A DNA stretch of 64,000 nucleotides from an uncultured delta proteobacterium (GCA_963778115.1 CAVZSV010000004.1:1600001-1664000), one strand, 5' to 3'. Positions 8,780-20,288 are shown, counted from the stretch's first letter. The notes: a model not told the origin generated them from the sequence alone. Program-made: numbers and translations.

Positions 8780-10731
8780 AAAAAAACTTCTTTCTCTTCT
8801 TAATACTATTCGTGACAGGATTGGCTGGAGTAACGGGTTGCGCCCCGAAACCAGTTAGCCAAGAAGGGGGGCTAACTCAAGAAGGCTCTAAATCCCACGC
8901 TATCGAGCCGGAAGCTAGGCCGCTATACTTCCAAGCGGAGCGCGCCTTTACCGCAAAAAATTTCGACCTCGCCCAAAAATATTATACTCAGGTCAGACAA
9001 AAGTTCCCTCGTACCCGAGCGGCGGCCTACTCGGCTTATCGCTCCGGTATCATTCATTACTACAAGGAAAACTATCCGGCCGCTTCGCACGATTTCGAAA
9101 GCCATTTAACGCAAATGCCAGACTCTGAATTTGCTTTCGATACGACGTATAATTGGGCGGCGGCTGAATTCCAGCAAAATCATTTCGACAAAGCCTACCA
9201 GGTACTCGCTCGGCTTAAATATTCCGATGTCCAAGCTCAAGGGCCTCGAAGGGCTGAAATTGTTTATGCGCTTACCGCAAGAATTGCGACGGCGCTTAAC
9301 AATCACCCGGGAGCAATCGCTGCCACGGCCCTCCAACTCTTGCTGCCTCAGGAAGAGAGCACTCGAAGTGCTCTGTATCAGCGCGTGGACGAACATTTAA
9401 AGTTAATCAACGACAAGGCTCGTTTGGAACAGCTGCAGAACGAAGTGACCGAGCCTTTGGTGAAAACCAAAATCGCAGCTCGGATAGCGCAATTGTCCCC
9501 TACGCTAGAAGCGACGCCGATCATTACCCCTCCCCTTCCAGGAGGTTCTATCGACGCCGGGCAACGCCCCTTGAATCCTGGATCTACCGGTCAAAAGCTC
9601 AACGTGGGAGTACTGCTTCCTTTGACAGGCCGTTTTGCTCCTTATGGAAAGCGTGCTCTCGACGGAATTTTGCTAGCTTCCAAAGTTTTCGCCCCGAACG
9701 AAACCTCGGGATTTCATCTCTTCATTAAGGATACTGCATCAAACCCTCTGGTCGCTCAAAATGCGGTGGACGAACTGGTGCAAAACAACGACGTCATGGC
9801 CATCGTGGGGCCGCTTAGTTGGAAAGAGTCGCTCTCCGCGGCCGACAGGGCCCAACAATTGGGTGTGCTCAACCTCTCTCTCACAACCAAGGAAGGGATC
9901 TCTCAACGAGGCCCCTATCTTTTTCAGAATGCGCTAACCCCCCGAGTGCAGCTCGATAGCCTGGTGCGCTTTTGTATTGGCGAAAAACAATTCAAACGCT
10001 TCGCCATACTGGCGCCCAACAATGCTTTTGGCCATGATCTGACCAAGCAATTCTGGGACCTGGTGGAAAAATACGGCGGTAAGATAGTCGATTATCAAAC
10101 ATACGCTCCTGAAGATAAGGACTTCCAAAACGAAATTCGAGAAATGACGGGCCTTTCCGATCCAAGATTTCGGCGATTGGAACAGGCGAAACTGGGAGAG
10201 TATTTAAAAGATCAAAAAACAAAGACCGGTAAAGATCTGAAAGTTCAACTGCCTTCGATTGTGGATTTCGACGCTATCTTCATTCCTGATAGCCCCAAGA
10301 CGGTATCACAAATTGCACCCAGTCTGGCCTACTTTGACGTCTCTGGTGTTCCGCTTTTAGGGACCACCGAGTGGAATAGCCCCCAACTTTACAGTCGCGG
10401 AGGAAGGTACGTCGAAGGAGCCATCTTTCCGGCGGGTCTTATTTTAAATAGCAAGAACCCTACGACTCAGGCCTTTATCAAAGCCTATGAGAGTTCTTAC
10501 GGAACCTCTCCCGATCAGTTGGCGGCACAAGCATACGAAGCGATGCAATTGGTGGCTGCAAGCCTGGGAACGGTAGCGAGTGGCGATAGAAACCAGGTTG
10601 TGAATCAATTGGCGTCGTTGAAAGACTTTGAGACCCCACTGGGAAAAGTAACTTTCGATACGGATCGGATTGCGATTAGACGCTTGCCTATTATGACTTT
10701 GGAGAGCGGTGGAACTTTGTCGGAGCATTGA
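8776..10731 (+). CDS. LpoA/LppC-like lipoprotein (TPR repeats plus type-I periplasmic-binding fold)
   Basis: Lipobox VTG-C, TPR-like helices, VGVLLPLTG, IVGPLS, FDAIFIPD, LLGTTEWNS. Confidence 0.75.
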   Translation: MKKNFFLFLILFVTGLAGVTGCAPKPVSQEGGLTQEGSKSHAIEPEARPLYFQAERAFTAKNFDLAQKYYTQVRQKFPRTRAAAYSAYRSGIIHYYKENYPAASHDFESHLTQMPDSEFAFDTTYNWAAAEFQQNHFDKAYQVLARLKYSDVQAQGPRRAEIVYALTARIATALNNHPGAIAATALQLLLPQEESTRSALYQRVDEHLKLINDKARLEQLQNEVTEPLVKTKIAARIAQLSPTLEATPIITPPLPGGSIDAGQRPLNPGSTGQKLNVGVLLPLTGRFAPYGKRALDGILLASKVFAPNETSGFHLFIKDTASNPLVAQNAVDELVQNNDVMAIVGPLSWKESLSAADRAQQLGVLNLSLTTKEGISQRGPYLFQNALTPRVQLDSLVRFCIGEKQFKRFAILAPNNAFGHDLTKQFWDLVEKYGGKIVDYQTYAPEDKDFQNEIREMTGLSDPRFRRLEQAKLGEYLKDQKTKTGKDLKVQLPSIVDFDAIFIPDSPKTVSQIAPSLAYFDVSGVPLLGTTEWNSPQLYSRGGRYVEGAIFPAGLILNSKNPTTQAFIKAYESSYGTSPDQLAAQAYEAMQLVAASLGTVASGDRNQVVNQLASLKDFETPLGKVTFDTDRIAIRRLPIMTLESGGTLSEH

Positions 10732-10954
10732 ACTCTAGCTCCCCTGGTCAAATGTCGCGAGTCATTTTATCGTCGATACCTAACCCAACCCTATGTTGCA
10801 GCTCAAAATTAGTAATGTTAGAATAGGATACTGGTTGTTATCTCGTATTTAAAAATTCCTGAACAATAAGCTCTAAGACACAACGTTGCGTCTTAATCGC
10901 CCCTTTATCAATTCGGTGATGTTCGATTCATCTCCGACGAGAGGAGCCCAATCC

Positions 10955-11314
10955 ATGAAGAAGAAAGATCTTACGCGTTTCGCAGAGCGTTTACGCGAGG
11001 AAAAGGCCCGGCTTCTCAATCACAGCGAGCGAAAGACCGAAGAGATGACGCTAAGCACCGACGATTTGGCTGACGAGGTGGATTTGGCCTCGTCAGAATT
11101 GAATCAAAGTGTTGCTCTGCGTCTAAGAGACCGAGAGCGTCTGCTGCTTCAGAAGATCGAAGTTGCCCTAGCCAAGATCGACAGCGGCACGTTTGGAATT
11201 TGCGATCTTTGTGAAGAGCCCATCGAAATTAAAAGGCTTGAAGCGAGACCTGTCGCCGATCTTTGCATCCGTTGCAAAGAGACCCAGGAACTCGAAGAAA
11301 AGATCTACGCTTAA
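10955..11314 (+). CDS. dksA: DksA/TraR C4 zinc-finger protein
   Basis: DEVD acidic tip, CDLC...RLEARP..LCIRC. GAGGAG RBS before ATG 10955. Confidence 0.85.
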   Translation: MKKKDLTRFAERLREEKARLLNHSERKTEEMTLSTDDLADEVDLASSELNQSVALRLRDRERLLLQKIEVALAKIDSGTFGICDLCEEPIEIKRLEARPVADLCIRCKETQELEEKIYA

Positions 11315-11510
11315 TCGGTTATCCCCCTCCCCTCCTTTTAGTAAGCACGGCACTACTAATAGATGCGCCTTTTTTGCCCGGGAAACCTCTGTAATCACTT
11401 ATAAAAAACTTTGTTAATTAAATGCAGTTCGTCCTCAAGAAATCCTAATAAACCTCCGAACAATTAATTGTCTCTAGCTTTAAATCTTCAACCATACCCA
11501 AGGACTTATC

Positions 11511-13976
11511 ATGCCGAACGAGTTCTCTGAGAACGAAGAACTTGTAATCCCAGATGAGATTCCGCTCTTACCTATACGGGACGTGGTGGTTTATCCGTAT
11601 ATGATTCTACCCTTGTTTGTAGGTAGAGAGCCCTCCATTAAAGCCGTCAATGAAGCCCTCGCGCGCGATAGGCTCATCTTTTTGGCGGCCCAAAAAGAGA
11701 TTACTGACGAGAATCCAAACCCCGATACCATCTACTCCATCGGAACCGTTGCAATGATCATGCGCATGCGGAAGCTACCGGATGGACGGATAAAGATCCT
11801 CGTCCAAGGTTTGATGAAAGGAACGGTCCTCAGCTACAGTCAGGAAAAGCCGTTTTTCATCGCTAAGATAAAGCAAATCAAAGAAAAGCCAGCGACTCGC
11901 GAGAATGTTGAAGTCGAAGCGATGATGCGCACGGTGAAAGAGCAACTTGAGAAGGTCATCTCCTTAGGGAGAATGCTCAGCCCCGATATCCTGATGGTCG
12001 TCGACGACATCAATGATGCCGGCCGCTTAGCCGATCTTGTGGCTTCGAATTTGGGACTCAAAGTTACCGAGGCCCAAGATATCCTGGAGCTATTTGATCC
12101 GGTAGATCGTCTCAAACGAGTGAACGAAATCCTCGTCAAGGAGCTCGAAATTTTGGCCATGCAAGCTCGCATCCGCTCTCAAGCGCGGGACGAGATGACC
12201 AAGAGCCAAAGAGAATATTTTTTACGGGAACAGATCCGTGCCATCAAGACGGAACTGGGCGATACGGAATCGAAAACGGAAGAAATCTCCGAACTTCGTA
12301 ACAAGATCGAGCAGGCCAAAATGCCCGCCGAGATTCACGAAGAGGCTATCAAACAGATCGGCCGCTTGGAGCGCATGCACCAAGATGCCAGTGAAGCCAC
12401 GATCGTTAGGACCTATCTCGATTGGTTGATCGATATCCCATGGAGCAAGAGCACTGAGGACAACCTCAATCTCGAGGAAGCCCAAAAAGTTCTTGATACC
12501 GATCACTTTGATTTGAAAAAGGTCAAAGAGCGTATCTTGGAATTTCTAGCCGTCCGAAAGCTTAAAGCTAAGATGAAGGGTCCCATCCTGTGCTTCGTAG
12601 GACCTCCGGGAGTGGGTAAAACCAGTCTTGGAAAGTCGATTGCTCGGGCCATGGGGCGAAAATTCATTCGCATTTCCCTCGGTGGTATTCGTGACGAAGC
12701 CGATATCCGTGGACACCGTCGTACTTATGTCGGTGCGATGCCAGGAAGAATCGTTCAAGGGCTCAAACAAGCAGGATCCTCAAATCCCATCTTTATGCTC
12801 GATGAAATCGACAAATTGGGATCGGACTTCCGAGGAGATCCCGCTGCTGCCCTACTTGAAGTTCTGGACCCTGAACAAAACTTCAGCTTCCGCGACCATT
12901 ACTTGAACCTCCCGTTCGATCTTTCCAACGTAATGTTCGTCGCTACGGCGAATCTGATGGATACCGTTCCTTCAGCGCTAAAAGATCGTATGGAAGTCAT
13001 TCAATTGGCCGGCTATAGCCAAGAAGAGAAACTTAAGATCACAACCCAATTCCTTATCCCTAAACAGGTTGAGGAAAACGGATTAACGACAGATGACATC
13101 GAAATCTCCGAAACCGCAGTCAATCGCATCGTGAGTCAATACACTCAAGAAGCGGGACTTCGAAACCTCGAGAGAAATATCGCAGCTATCTGCCGTAAGG
13201 TCGCCCGAAAGATTGCCAGTAGTGAATCACGCCCTGAAAAAACAACCGTTACTGGCAACGCTATTCCGAAATACTTGGGACCGCCTCGCCATATCCCGGA
13301 AGAGGAAAGAGAACACGACGAAATCGGAGTGGTCACTGGCCTCGCATGGACTCAATTCGGTGGAGAAATTCTCAACATCGAAGTGACCATGATGCGGAAA
13401 ATGGGTGGGGGATTAATTCTTACGGGATCCCTTGGCGATGTCATGAAAGAATCGGCTCATGCAGCTTTGAGTTTCGCGCGAAGCAAGGCGGCTCAATTCG
13501 GCATCGACGAGAAGATATTCAGCCGATACGAAATTCATGTTCACGTACCTCAAGGAGCAACTCCCAAAGACGGACCGTCCGCGGGAATTACCCTAGCCAC
13601 CGCGATAATCAGCCTTCTCACGGGCAATCCCGTGCGCAGAGATGTCGCGATGACCGGAGAAGTAACGCTTCGAGGAAAAATCCTTCCGATAGGAGGATTA
13701 AAAGAGAAGACCTTGGCCGCTTTGCGCCACGGTATCAAAACTCTGATAGTCCCGGCACGTAATCAAAAAGATCTCGACGAAATACCCAAGGAGCTACGGA
13801 AGAAGTTGAAGTTCTACTTCGCCAAGGATGTCTCTGATGTGCTCAAACACGCACTAGTGAATGACCCTGGTGAGTGGGCCAAGCAGATCAAAGGACGTGG
13901 ATCGAATGATCCCATCTTGGGTGAAAGTTCGCCGACGATCTCTAGAAGTGCCAAGTCGGTGGAACGCGCCGCGTAG
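11511..13976 (+). CDS. lon: ATP-dependent Lon protease
   Basis: LON N-domain, [22 protein letters not shown] catalytic Ser, GGLKEK. Confidence 0.97.
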   Translation: MPNEFSENEELVIPDEIPLLPIRDVVVYPYMILPLFVGREPSIKAVNEALARDRLIFLAAQKEITDENPNPDTIYSIGTVAMIMRMRKLPDGRIKILVQGLMKGTVLSYSQEKPFFIAKIKQIKEKPATRENVEVEAMMRTVKEQLEKVISLGRMLSPDILMVVDDINDAGRLADLVASNLGLKVTEAQDILELFDPVDRLKRVNEILVKELEILAMQARIRSQARDEMTKSQREYFLREQIRAIKTELGDTESKTEEISELRNKIEQAKMPAEIHEEAIKQIGRLERMHQDASEATIVRTYLDWLIDIPWSKSTEDNLNLEEAQKVLDTDHFDLKKVKERILEFLAVRKLKAKMKGPILCFVGPPGVGKTSLGKSIARAMGRKFIRISLGGIRDEADIRGHRRTYVGAMPGRIVQGLKQAGSSNPIFMLDEIDKLGSDFRGDPAAALLEVLDPEQNFSFRDHYLNLPFDLSNVMFVATANLMDTVPSALKDRMEVIQLAGYSQEEKLKITTQFLIPKQVEENGLTTDDIEISETAVNRIVSQYTQEAGLRNLERNIAAICRKVARKIASSESRPEKTTVTGNAIPKYLGPPRHIPEEEREHDEIGVVTGLAWTQFGGEILNIEVTMMRKMGGGLILTGSLGDVMKESAHAALSFARSKAAQFGIDEKIFSRYEIHVHVPQGATPKDGPSAGITLATAIISLLTGNPVRRDVAMTGEVTLRGKILPIGGLKEKTLAALRHGIKTLIVPARNQKDLDEIPKELRKKLKFYFAKDVSDVLKHALVNDPGEWAKQIKGRGSNDPILGESSPTISRSAKSVERAA

Positions 13977-14158
13977 TTTCCGACGGCTCGTCCCGATTCT
14001 AAAGAACACCGCGTTATCGACGATAAATTGACGCAGGTGTCCCATTGATTTGTTAACAGATGTTTACCTTTTCGTGAACTCTGCCCAAAGACCTATTGAA
14101 ACGATTCCGAAATCTGGGAATGGTGAAGCAACGGGTTAAGCTGTTTTGGGGGTAAACA

Positions 14159-15703
14159 ATGGGATTTCGTTGTCTTCGCTTCTGGGGAGCGTTCGCTCTC
14201 CTAATCGTTTCGTCATTAGCACTTTCCATGGAAGTCGATCCCGAAGTAATTCGAGCACTTCGAGCCAACTCAAATGACAAAATTATTTCGGTCGTCGTGA
14301 ATCTTGAAGATCAATTTGATCTTAGTCTGCTAAAAAACTTCCAAGGAACGGAGTCCGAAAAGGCTCTGTTAGTTGCCAAAAGGCTTGAGTCTTTTAATCA
14401 ATCCAGTAGCGCTCCCATCGTTCGCTTCTTCAAGACAGCCCATCTTGCTGGGTTGAAAGAAATTACCCCAATTTGGATTACCAATTCTCTTCGGATCAAA
14501 GGAAGTTCAGACGTTATCCAAAAGCTAATGGCCATGAACGGAGTAGAGAGTATCGTCATGGACGCCGCAAAACCTGTCGGTGAATTTGACGATCGTCCCA
14601 CAACCGATAACGGCAAGCAAACTAAGGGCCCCACAATTTCGTGGGGAGTTACCCAAGTAAGAGCCCCTGAGCTTTGGAAGCAGGGAGTGAATGGAAAGGG
14701 TATCGTCGTCGCTATGATCGATAGCGGAGCCAATCTTACACACCCTGATCTCATGCCTAATCTTTGGAAAAATCCTGGTGAAACAGGACTGGATACCAAA
14801 GGACAAGATCGCGCGACGAACGGCATTGATGACGATAATAATGGTTACATTGATGACGTCGTCGGATGGAACTTCGAAGACAAAAATAACGATCCGACCG
14901 ATAAAGAGGGCCATGGTTCGCAAACGGCGGGAATTGTGGGAGGTATGGGAGCCGGAGGAACACAAACCGGAGTCGCTCCGGGTGCAACCCTCATGATCAT
15001 TCGTTCATGCTGCGATGCCGGAACTCAAATCTTTGAATCCAACACCTGGGAAGCCATGCAGTATGCGATCAAGAACGGGGCGCGTGTCATCAGCATGTCC
15101 CTAAGTGTAAAGCACCCTTCAAATCCCAGTTACGCCAAATGGCGGCGCGCGAGTGAAGTGATGCTCGCCGCTGGAGTGGTTCACGTCAACTCCGCGGGCA
15201 ATCGAGGATCGGACTATACTCCGCACAATGTGGGAGCTCCTGCTTCCAATCCCCCAGCGTGGGCGCACCCCAAACAAGTTAATTTAACCGGCCTAACTTC
15301 GATGATCACCATTGGGGCGACCGATGAGAAGGACAAACTTCGCTATTATTCGAGTACCGGTCCGGTTACTTGGGAAGACATCGCTGAGTACAAAGACTTC
15401 CCTTACACCGATGGGAAACCGGGACTCATCCGCCCGGATGTATGTGGGCCCAGTGAAGTGCCCAGCCTTTCCATGGACGGACCCACCTATACTTCTAGTT
15501 TTGGAGGAACTTCCTCAGCGACTCCGAACGTCGCTGGTGTCGTAACGCTCCTTCTTTCGGCAAGACCAGATTTAACCGTCGCTCAAGTCACCGAGGCTCT
15601 CCAAATGAGTGCCGTTCCTGTGGATACCGATTTCAACAATAAGTGTGGTGCTGGTCGCGTGGACGCAGTCGCAGCTGTGGAATACGCGAAGGCAAAGTTC
15701 TAA
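14159..15703 (+). CDS. Secreted S8 subtilisin-like serine peptidase
   Basis: Signal peptide, propeptide, catalytic triad IDSG / GHGSQTAG / GTSSATP, NGIDDDNNGYIDD insertion. Confidence 0.92.
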   Translation: MGFRCLRFWGAFALLIVSSLALSMEVDPEVIRALRANSNDKIISVVVNLEDQFDLSLLKNFQGTESEKALLVAKRLESFNQSSSAPIVRFFKTAHLAGLKEITPIWITNSLRIKGSSDVIQKLMAMNGVESIVMDAAKPVGEFDDRPTTDNGKQTKGPTISWGVTQVRAPELWKQGVNGKGIVVAMIDSGANLTHPDLMPNLWKNPGETGLDTKGQDRATNGIDDDNNGYIDDVVGWNFEDKNNDPTDKEGHGSQTAGIVGGMGAGGTQTGVAPGATLMIIRSCCDAGTQIFESNTWEAMQYAIKNGARVISMSLSVKHPSNPSYAKWRRASEVMLAAGVVHVNSAGNRGSDYTPHNVGAPASNPPAWAHPKQVNLTGLTSMITIGATDEKDKLRYYSSTGPVTWEDIAEYKDFPYTDGKPGLIRPDVCGPSEVPSLSMDGPTYTSSFGGTSSATPNVAGVVTLLLSARPDLTVAQVTEALQMSAVPVDTDFNNKCGAGRVDAVAAVEYAKAKF

Positions 15704-15707
15704 ATAC

Positions 15708-15747
15708 CTATTTCGGACTTCGAATGAAAGTTCGGGGTCCGAAATAG
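15708..15747. terminator. Hairpin between convergent genes (probable terminator)
   Basis: CTATTTCGGACTTCGAA-TGAAAG-TTCGGGGTCCGAAATAG: a 17-bp stem with two G-U pairs on the + strand. Confidence 0.6.
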
Positions 15748-15781
15748 CGTCACTTTCCACACTTGATTCTTGTCCGCAAAT

Positions 15782-16537
15782 CTAAATCCCACTCCGATAC
15801 TCCTCCGGCGTCCGAAACAAAGTCCATGCCCCCACCTCTTTAACCCCTGCCCTCACCAAACTCCTAGCACATTGATTCAACGTACTTCCCGTCGTCATCA
15901 CATCATCAACGAGAATTACTTTCTCGGGAATCCTCACCTTCTCATTCCACTGAAAGCTCCCCTTTAAATTTCTCAATCGTTCGCTCCGCGAAAGCCCCGT
16001 CTGAGCAGAAGTCTCTTTCGTTTTGATAAGTCCTGAAGCACACAGTGGTCTTGCCCAGACTTTCGAAAGCCACCGCGCTATCTCTTCCGCTTGGTTAAAG
16101 TTGCGGTCCCAGTACTTTCGAAAATAGAGAGGGACCGGAACGAGAGTAAAGCCCTCCAGTGCCCAATGTGGTATCTCCGTAATCGCTCGCGATCGAAACG
16201 CACTCAACAGGTCTCTGCGGTGCCCGTATTTGATGCGAAACCAAAGTTTTCTATTGAGCTCGGTGAGCCACCATAGAGATCTCACGAATTTTAACTCGGG
16301 AATAAAGCGAGTTCGGCATTTTCCGCACTTTCCCATCACATGAGAAGTGGGCTCCCCGCACCGTAAGCACCAGGGCTCCTGAAGTTGGTGCGCGTCGAGG
16401 CAAAAGGCGCACGCATTACCCCCGAGAAGCAAGCAGCCGCACCCAGCACACTCAGGAGAAAAGACGGCCACTAAGAGTCCGTCCAAAGTCGCGCATACGA
16501 GGCTTGCTACATGGCGAGCGTATGAAGAGTCGGGCAT
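15782..16537 (-). CDS. comF: ComF-family protein (double zinc ribbon plus phosphoribosyltransferase)
   Basis: Four CxxC pairs, VPVPL, RNFNQA, VILVDDVMTTGSTL. Start could be 16549. Confidence 0.85.
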   Translation of the reverse strand: MPDSSYARHVASLVCATLDGLLVAVFSPECAGCGCLLLGGNACAFCLDAHQLQEPWCLRCGEPTSHVMGKCGKCRTRFIPELKFVRSLWWLTELNRKLWFRIKYGHRRDLLSAFRSRAITEIPHWALEGFTLVPVPLYFRKYWDRNFNQAEEIARWLSKVWARPLCASGLIKTKETSAQTGLSRSERLRNLKGSFQWNEKVRIPEKVILVDDVMTTGSTLNQCARSLVRAGVKEVGAWTLFRTPEEYRSGI

Positions 16538-18033
16538 CGCAAGCTCCATGCCTCTTGTAAGTGAGAAACCTTAACTTCTGGATCGGTCGCCAGATCCGCG
16601 ATAGTACGCCCCACTTTGAGCAGTTTTTGGAGCGCCCGAAAACTCAATCGATTCTGTCGTCGAATATCGACGAACCAATCTTTGGCTTGAATATTTAGCC
16701 TCTCGCATTCCCGCTCAAAATCCAAGACCACGTCTCCATTGAGGATGGTGTCTCCGTACCTTTGCACCTGAATACGGTGGGCTTCGCGAATGGCGATCGT
16801 AAATCCTTGGTGCCGAGGAGTGTTTTTCACATCCGCCGGCTGAGAGGTCATCACGGCTCCCAAATCGAAACGATCTAAGATCGCCCCGGAAATTCTCTTT
16901 CGATAGGCGGCTACCTTTTCCCAAGCGCAACCACACCGTTCCTGGTTGCTTAAGGCAAATCCACAGGGACAAGGGTTCATCGCGGCTATTAACAAGAACC
17001 GCGCCGGGAGCGAGAGCGAATGGCCGACGCGATTAAGATGAATGATCCCCGACTGCATCGGTTCGCGCAAACCTTCGATAGCATCACGACGAAATTCGGG
17101 AAATTCGTCGAGAAAGAGAACTCCCCGATGAGCAAGAGTTACCTCTCCCGGCACGACAATACCGGAGCCCCCTCCTAACAGACCTCCTGCAGAAATCGAG
17201 TGGTGCGGTGCTCGAAACGGTCTCTGTAGGAGGCTTTTTCGTTGCGTTCCTAGCGAACTGTGGTTTTTGGCGACTTCAACGACTTCCCGGTTCCCTAGCG
17301 GTGGTAGTAAAGAGGGGGCACATTGGGCCAGCATGCTTTTTCCTACTCCGGGTGGTCCTATCATCAAAAAATGGTGTCTTCCTGCTAGCGAGATTTCGAG
17401 AGCTCTTTTCGCAATGGGATGGCCAACGACCTGGTCGATGGCAGTTTCCAGCACAGTTTCCTGACCTCCCAGATGATCAAGTCGAGTGGGAAGGTCACTT
17501 TCCAACGATTCTAAAGCCGCTGCTGACTCTAGAAACTCAATGACAGCGGTCAGATGTTCCACTTTACGAAGCTTTGGGCTCTCTAAAAGTGCCACTTCAG
17601 AAGCGTTCTCTTTGGGGACGAGTACAGTCTCAATGTGAGACGCGTCGACTAAAGCTTGCGCAAGTGCCAAGGCACCCTGCACTCCTCGCACCTTGCCATC
17701 GAGTCCCAATTCGCCCAAAAAAGCGGTCCTCTCCAAAACAGCGGTTCTCAACCGACGCTCTGCACATAGAATCCCCATGGCAATTCCCAAATCGAAATGG
17801 CTTCCCTGCTTTCTGGAATCGGCGGGAGATAAATGCACCAAAATTCGAGAACGCGGAACATCGAAACCTAAATTGGATAAACAGACTCTGACTCGATCCC
17901 GACTTTCGCGAATGACATCGCCGGCAAGGCCCGTCATCAGAATCTTAGGAACGGCTCGTTCGGTAGCAACTTCGATGTGAACCACCACTCCATCGACACC
18001 ACTTAAAGTAGCACTGAAAGTTCTAGCGACCAT
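16507..18033 (-). CDS. comM: YifB/ComM Mg-chelatase-like AAA+ ATPase
   Basis: FDLGIA, GELGLDG, GPPGVGKSMLA, PFRAPHHS, GVLFLDEFPEF, AAMNPCPCG. Confidence 0.9.
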   Translation of the reverse strand: MVARTFSATLSGVDGVVVHIEVATERAVPKILMTGLAGDVIRESRDRVRVCLSNLGFDVPRSRILVHLSPADSRKQGSHFDLGIAMGILCAERRLRTAVLERTAFLGELGLDGKVRGVQGALALAQALVDASHIETVLVPKENASEVALLESPKLRKVEHLTAVIEFLESAAALESLESDLPTRLDHLGGQETVLETAIDQVVGHPIAKRALEISLAGRHHFLMIGPPGVGKSMLAQCAPSLLPPLGNREVVEVAKNHSSLGTQRKSLLQRPFRAPHHSISAGGLLGGGSGIVVPGEVTLAHRGVLFLDEFPEFRRDAIEGLREPMQSGIIHLNRVGHSLSLPARFLLIAAMNPCPCGFALSNQERCGCAWEKVAAYRKRISGAILDRFDLGAVMTSQPADVKNTPRHQGFTIAIREAHRIQVQRYGDTILNGDVVLDFERECERLNIQAKDWFVDIRRQNRLSFRALQKLLKVGRTIADLATDPEVKVSHLQEAWSLRCPTLHTLAM

Positions 18034-18231
18034 ATGGAGTTAAGATGCAAACCACAGACCCAGTCGCTAGCCTTAAGAAACGTACGGCGGACCGGTTTTC
18101 GATCCCTGCAGAGCGTAAGATCGGTCTGCCGAAAGTTAAATACTGAGGATGAAAGCTTTTATAGGGATATCTTTACGAAAAGCTCTGATTTTCGCATAAT
18201 GGGCGCCTCAAAAGCGATGAGGAGCCCTGTG

Positions 18232-19605
18232 ATGAAGTCATTGGTGTTAAGAGTAGTTCTGATGGTGGTTGCCGCAGGCTGTTCCACCACTCCCCAAATT
18301 TGCGAACCCCGAGGAGCTAGAGAGGCTGGCATCTCTCAAGCAATGAGGGGCGAAGACTACAACGCTTCCGCGGGGGGCGTTTGCACCCAGGAACACCATT
18401 CGGTGTTTCAAACCAATTTCCAAGCGGGCTATCAAGAAGGAAAGGGGCGCTACTGCGATCCCTCTTCCTTAGAACGCACGGGCCTGGCTCACGGCCAGCA
18501 AGGACATACGAACGAGTTTACTTCGTTCTCCTACCGTATCTGCGAAAACGGAGCCGATCTGAAGGTCGCTTACCAAAAAGGGTATCAGGCCGGTTTAAGA
18601 AGCTATTGTTCCGACGATCAAGCGACCTCCGCCGGACACTCTTATGGAGAAAAAGGATTAGCTCCCCAGTTTAATCCCGACACCTATTCGGTATGCGGTT
18701 CCAGTCGCATCGGAAAATTAAAGACCGCTTATGCTAAAGGACACCGCACGGGATTAGGGGAATTTTGCCAAGGAGTTGGGGTCGACACTCAGGCTTTTCA
18801 AGAAGGTTCCCAAGGCGTGGAACGAACTGATACCGACACTAAGTTCAAACTCTGTAGCAGCGCCAAGCGCAAAGAGTTCGCACGTCTTTCCAAATTCAAT
18901 TATCAAAAGGGGCTCGGAGAGTTTTGCAGTCCAACGCAGATAGAGACCACCGCACGCAACCAGGCCCATTCGGTAGCCACACCCACTCTTCCGGCACCCT
19001 ATGAACGCTGCGTTACTCTTTTTCCCAACACCAACACCCTTTACGCAACTTCGTTTAACGACGAGCGAAAGAAATTTATCGAAGCCTCGTGCACTTTTCA
19101 AAAAGGATCGGCACAAGGTCAAGCGGATGCTCAAACCACTAACAACAAGAACACTGCGATGCCGGTTTTCTGCGATTCGACACTTTTCTCGGTCTATCTC
19201 AATGGATATCTTGATGGATGGAAGCAAGCAAAAGACCAAATTTGCCATACGGCCGACGCCTATAATCTGGGAGTTCAACAAGGAACGGCAGCCGCTCCCC
19301 AAGCGTATTCGCCTCCGCCCAACTGTCCATCGGATTACCAAGCCAACCTTCAGCAAAAATTTATCGAGGGATACCATTATGGAATGTTGCAGCGACAGAG
19401 CACAGCCTCCTTTCAATATGGGCAACAAGGCTGTCGATGGAACACTGATTGTTCGCCCAATCAGCTCTGCCGCGATCGCGGAGACGGAGCCCTGTTTTGT
19501 ATGGGAAGCGGCGGAGCGGGGCAGTACTGCCAATCCTCGTTGGACTGTGGCCCGGGATTGTTTTGTAGAAATCAAGGGGGAACTAACCTGCGTATGTGTT
19601 ATTAG
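18232..19605 (+). CDS. Cys-rich lipoprotein with seven DUF2799-like repeats and a C-terminal Cys-rich module
   Basis: GAGGAG RBS, lipobox AAG-C, repeated units resembling C..G...G..G....C....Y..GY..G...YC. Confidence 0.8.
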   Translation: MKSLVLRVVLMVVAAGCSTTPQICEPRGAREAGISQAMRGEDYNASAGGVCTQEHHSVFQTNFQAGYQEGKGRYCDPSSLERTGLAHGQQGHTNEFTSFSYRICENGADLKVAYQKGYQAGLRSYCSDDQATSAGHSYGEKGLAPQFNPDTYSVCGSSRIGKLKTAYAKGHRTGLGEFCQGVGVDTQAFQEGSQGVERTDTDTKFKLCSSAKRKEFARLSKFNYQKGLGEFCSPTQIETTARNQAHSVATPTLPAPYERCVTLFPNTNTLYATSFNDERKKFIEASCTFQKGSAQGQADAQTTNNKNTAMPVFCDSTLFSVYLNGYLDGWKQAKDQICHTADAYNLGVQQGTAAAPQAYSPPPNCPSDYQANLQQKFIEGYHYGMLQRQSTASFQYGQQGCRWNTDCSPNQLCRDRGDGALFCMGSGGAGQYCQSSLDCGPGLFCRNQGGTNLRMCY

Positions 19606-19624
19606 CGCATAGAAGGAGAAACTT

Positions 19625-20236
19625 ATGGACGGAAAAAAACAACTTCGAATCGCCGCATTATCGCTACTACTGCTCACTTGCGCACGAACTCGCGCCGACG
19701 GATTAAAAATTGCTGCTGTCGGAACTCTCAACTTTTCAAGCCCGCGTATTAATGCAGGCTCGGGCTCTCTCTCGACATCGTCCTCGTTGGGACTGGGATT
19801 TGGAGGCCTTGCGGATTTCCCCTTAGTTCCTTCCTGGAGACTGGAGAGCGGAATCCTCTACATCACGGATGCTTTTTCACAATCCACCACTTCCTACAAC
19901 ATGAACCACTTTCAAATTCCGGTGGTGGTTCGCTATACGCTCTTTCCTTTTCTTTCCGTGGGAGCCGGAGGATATTACTCGTTTGCGGTAAACGGAATCG
20001 CCGTGGGCAACGCAAGCACTACCAATAACGTAAGTTACGATTCTCTGAATTTAAGCAGCTCCGATTATGGTGCCGTCTTCAGCGCGGCCTTAGATCTCAC
20101 CGTCGGACCCTCTACGACTTTGTTAGTGGACATGCGGTACGTGTGGGGATTTAAGAACCTAAGTAACGTCAACGGACAGACGTTCCGTCTCGGAGGCTTC
20201 TTGTTTCTGGCGGGTCTAAAGTTTGGGCTGCTGTAG
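19625..20236 (+). CDS. Outer-membrane beta-barrel protein (porin/PorT-like)
   Basis: AAGGAG RBS, signal peptide, alternating amphipathic strands (FQIPVVVRY, VDMRYVWGF, FLAGLKF). Confidence 0.75.
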   Translation: MDGKKQLRIAALSLLLLTCARTRADGLKIAAVGTLNFSSPRINAGSGSLSTSSSLGLGFGGLADFPLVPSWRLESGILYITDAFSQSTTSYNMNHFQIPVVVRYTLFPFLSVGAGGYYSFAVNGIAVGNASTTNNVSYDSLNLSSSDYGAVFSAALDLTVGPSTTLLVDMRYVWGFKNLSNVNGQTFRLGGFLFLAGLKFGLL

Positions 20237-20288
20237 AATCGGTGTCGTTGCGAAAAGCCCGAAAGCTGACGCGGCACTCAGTCGATCA

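Noticed and set aside
18046..18062. Sigma-54-like GGGTCTGTGGTTTGCA before comM (minus strand)
   Set aside because: Spacing fits but the -24 element is poor; too weak to list.
18754..19731. 325-aa antisense ORF and other shadow ORFs (e.g. 58943-59704, 24255-24806, 63190-63621)
   Set aside because: They overlap better-supported genes on another frame or strand and have no recognisable motifs.
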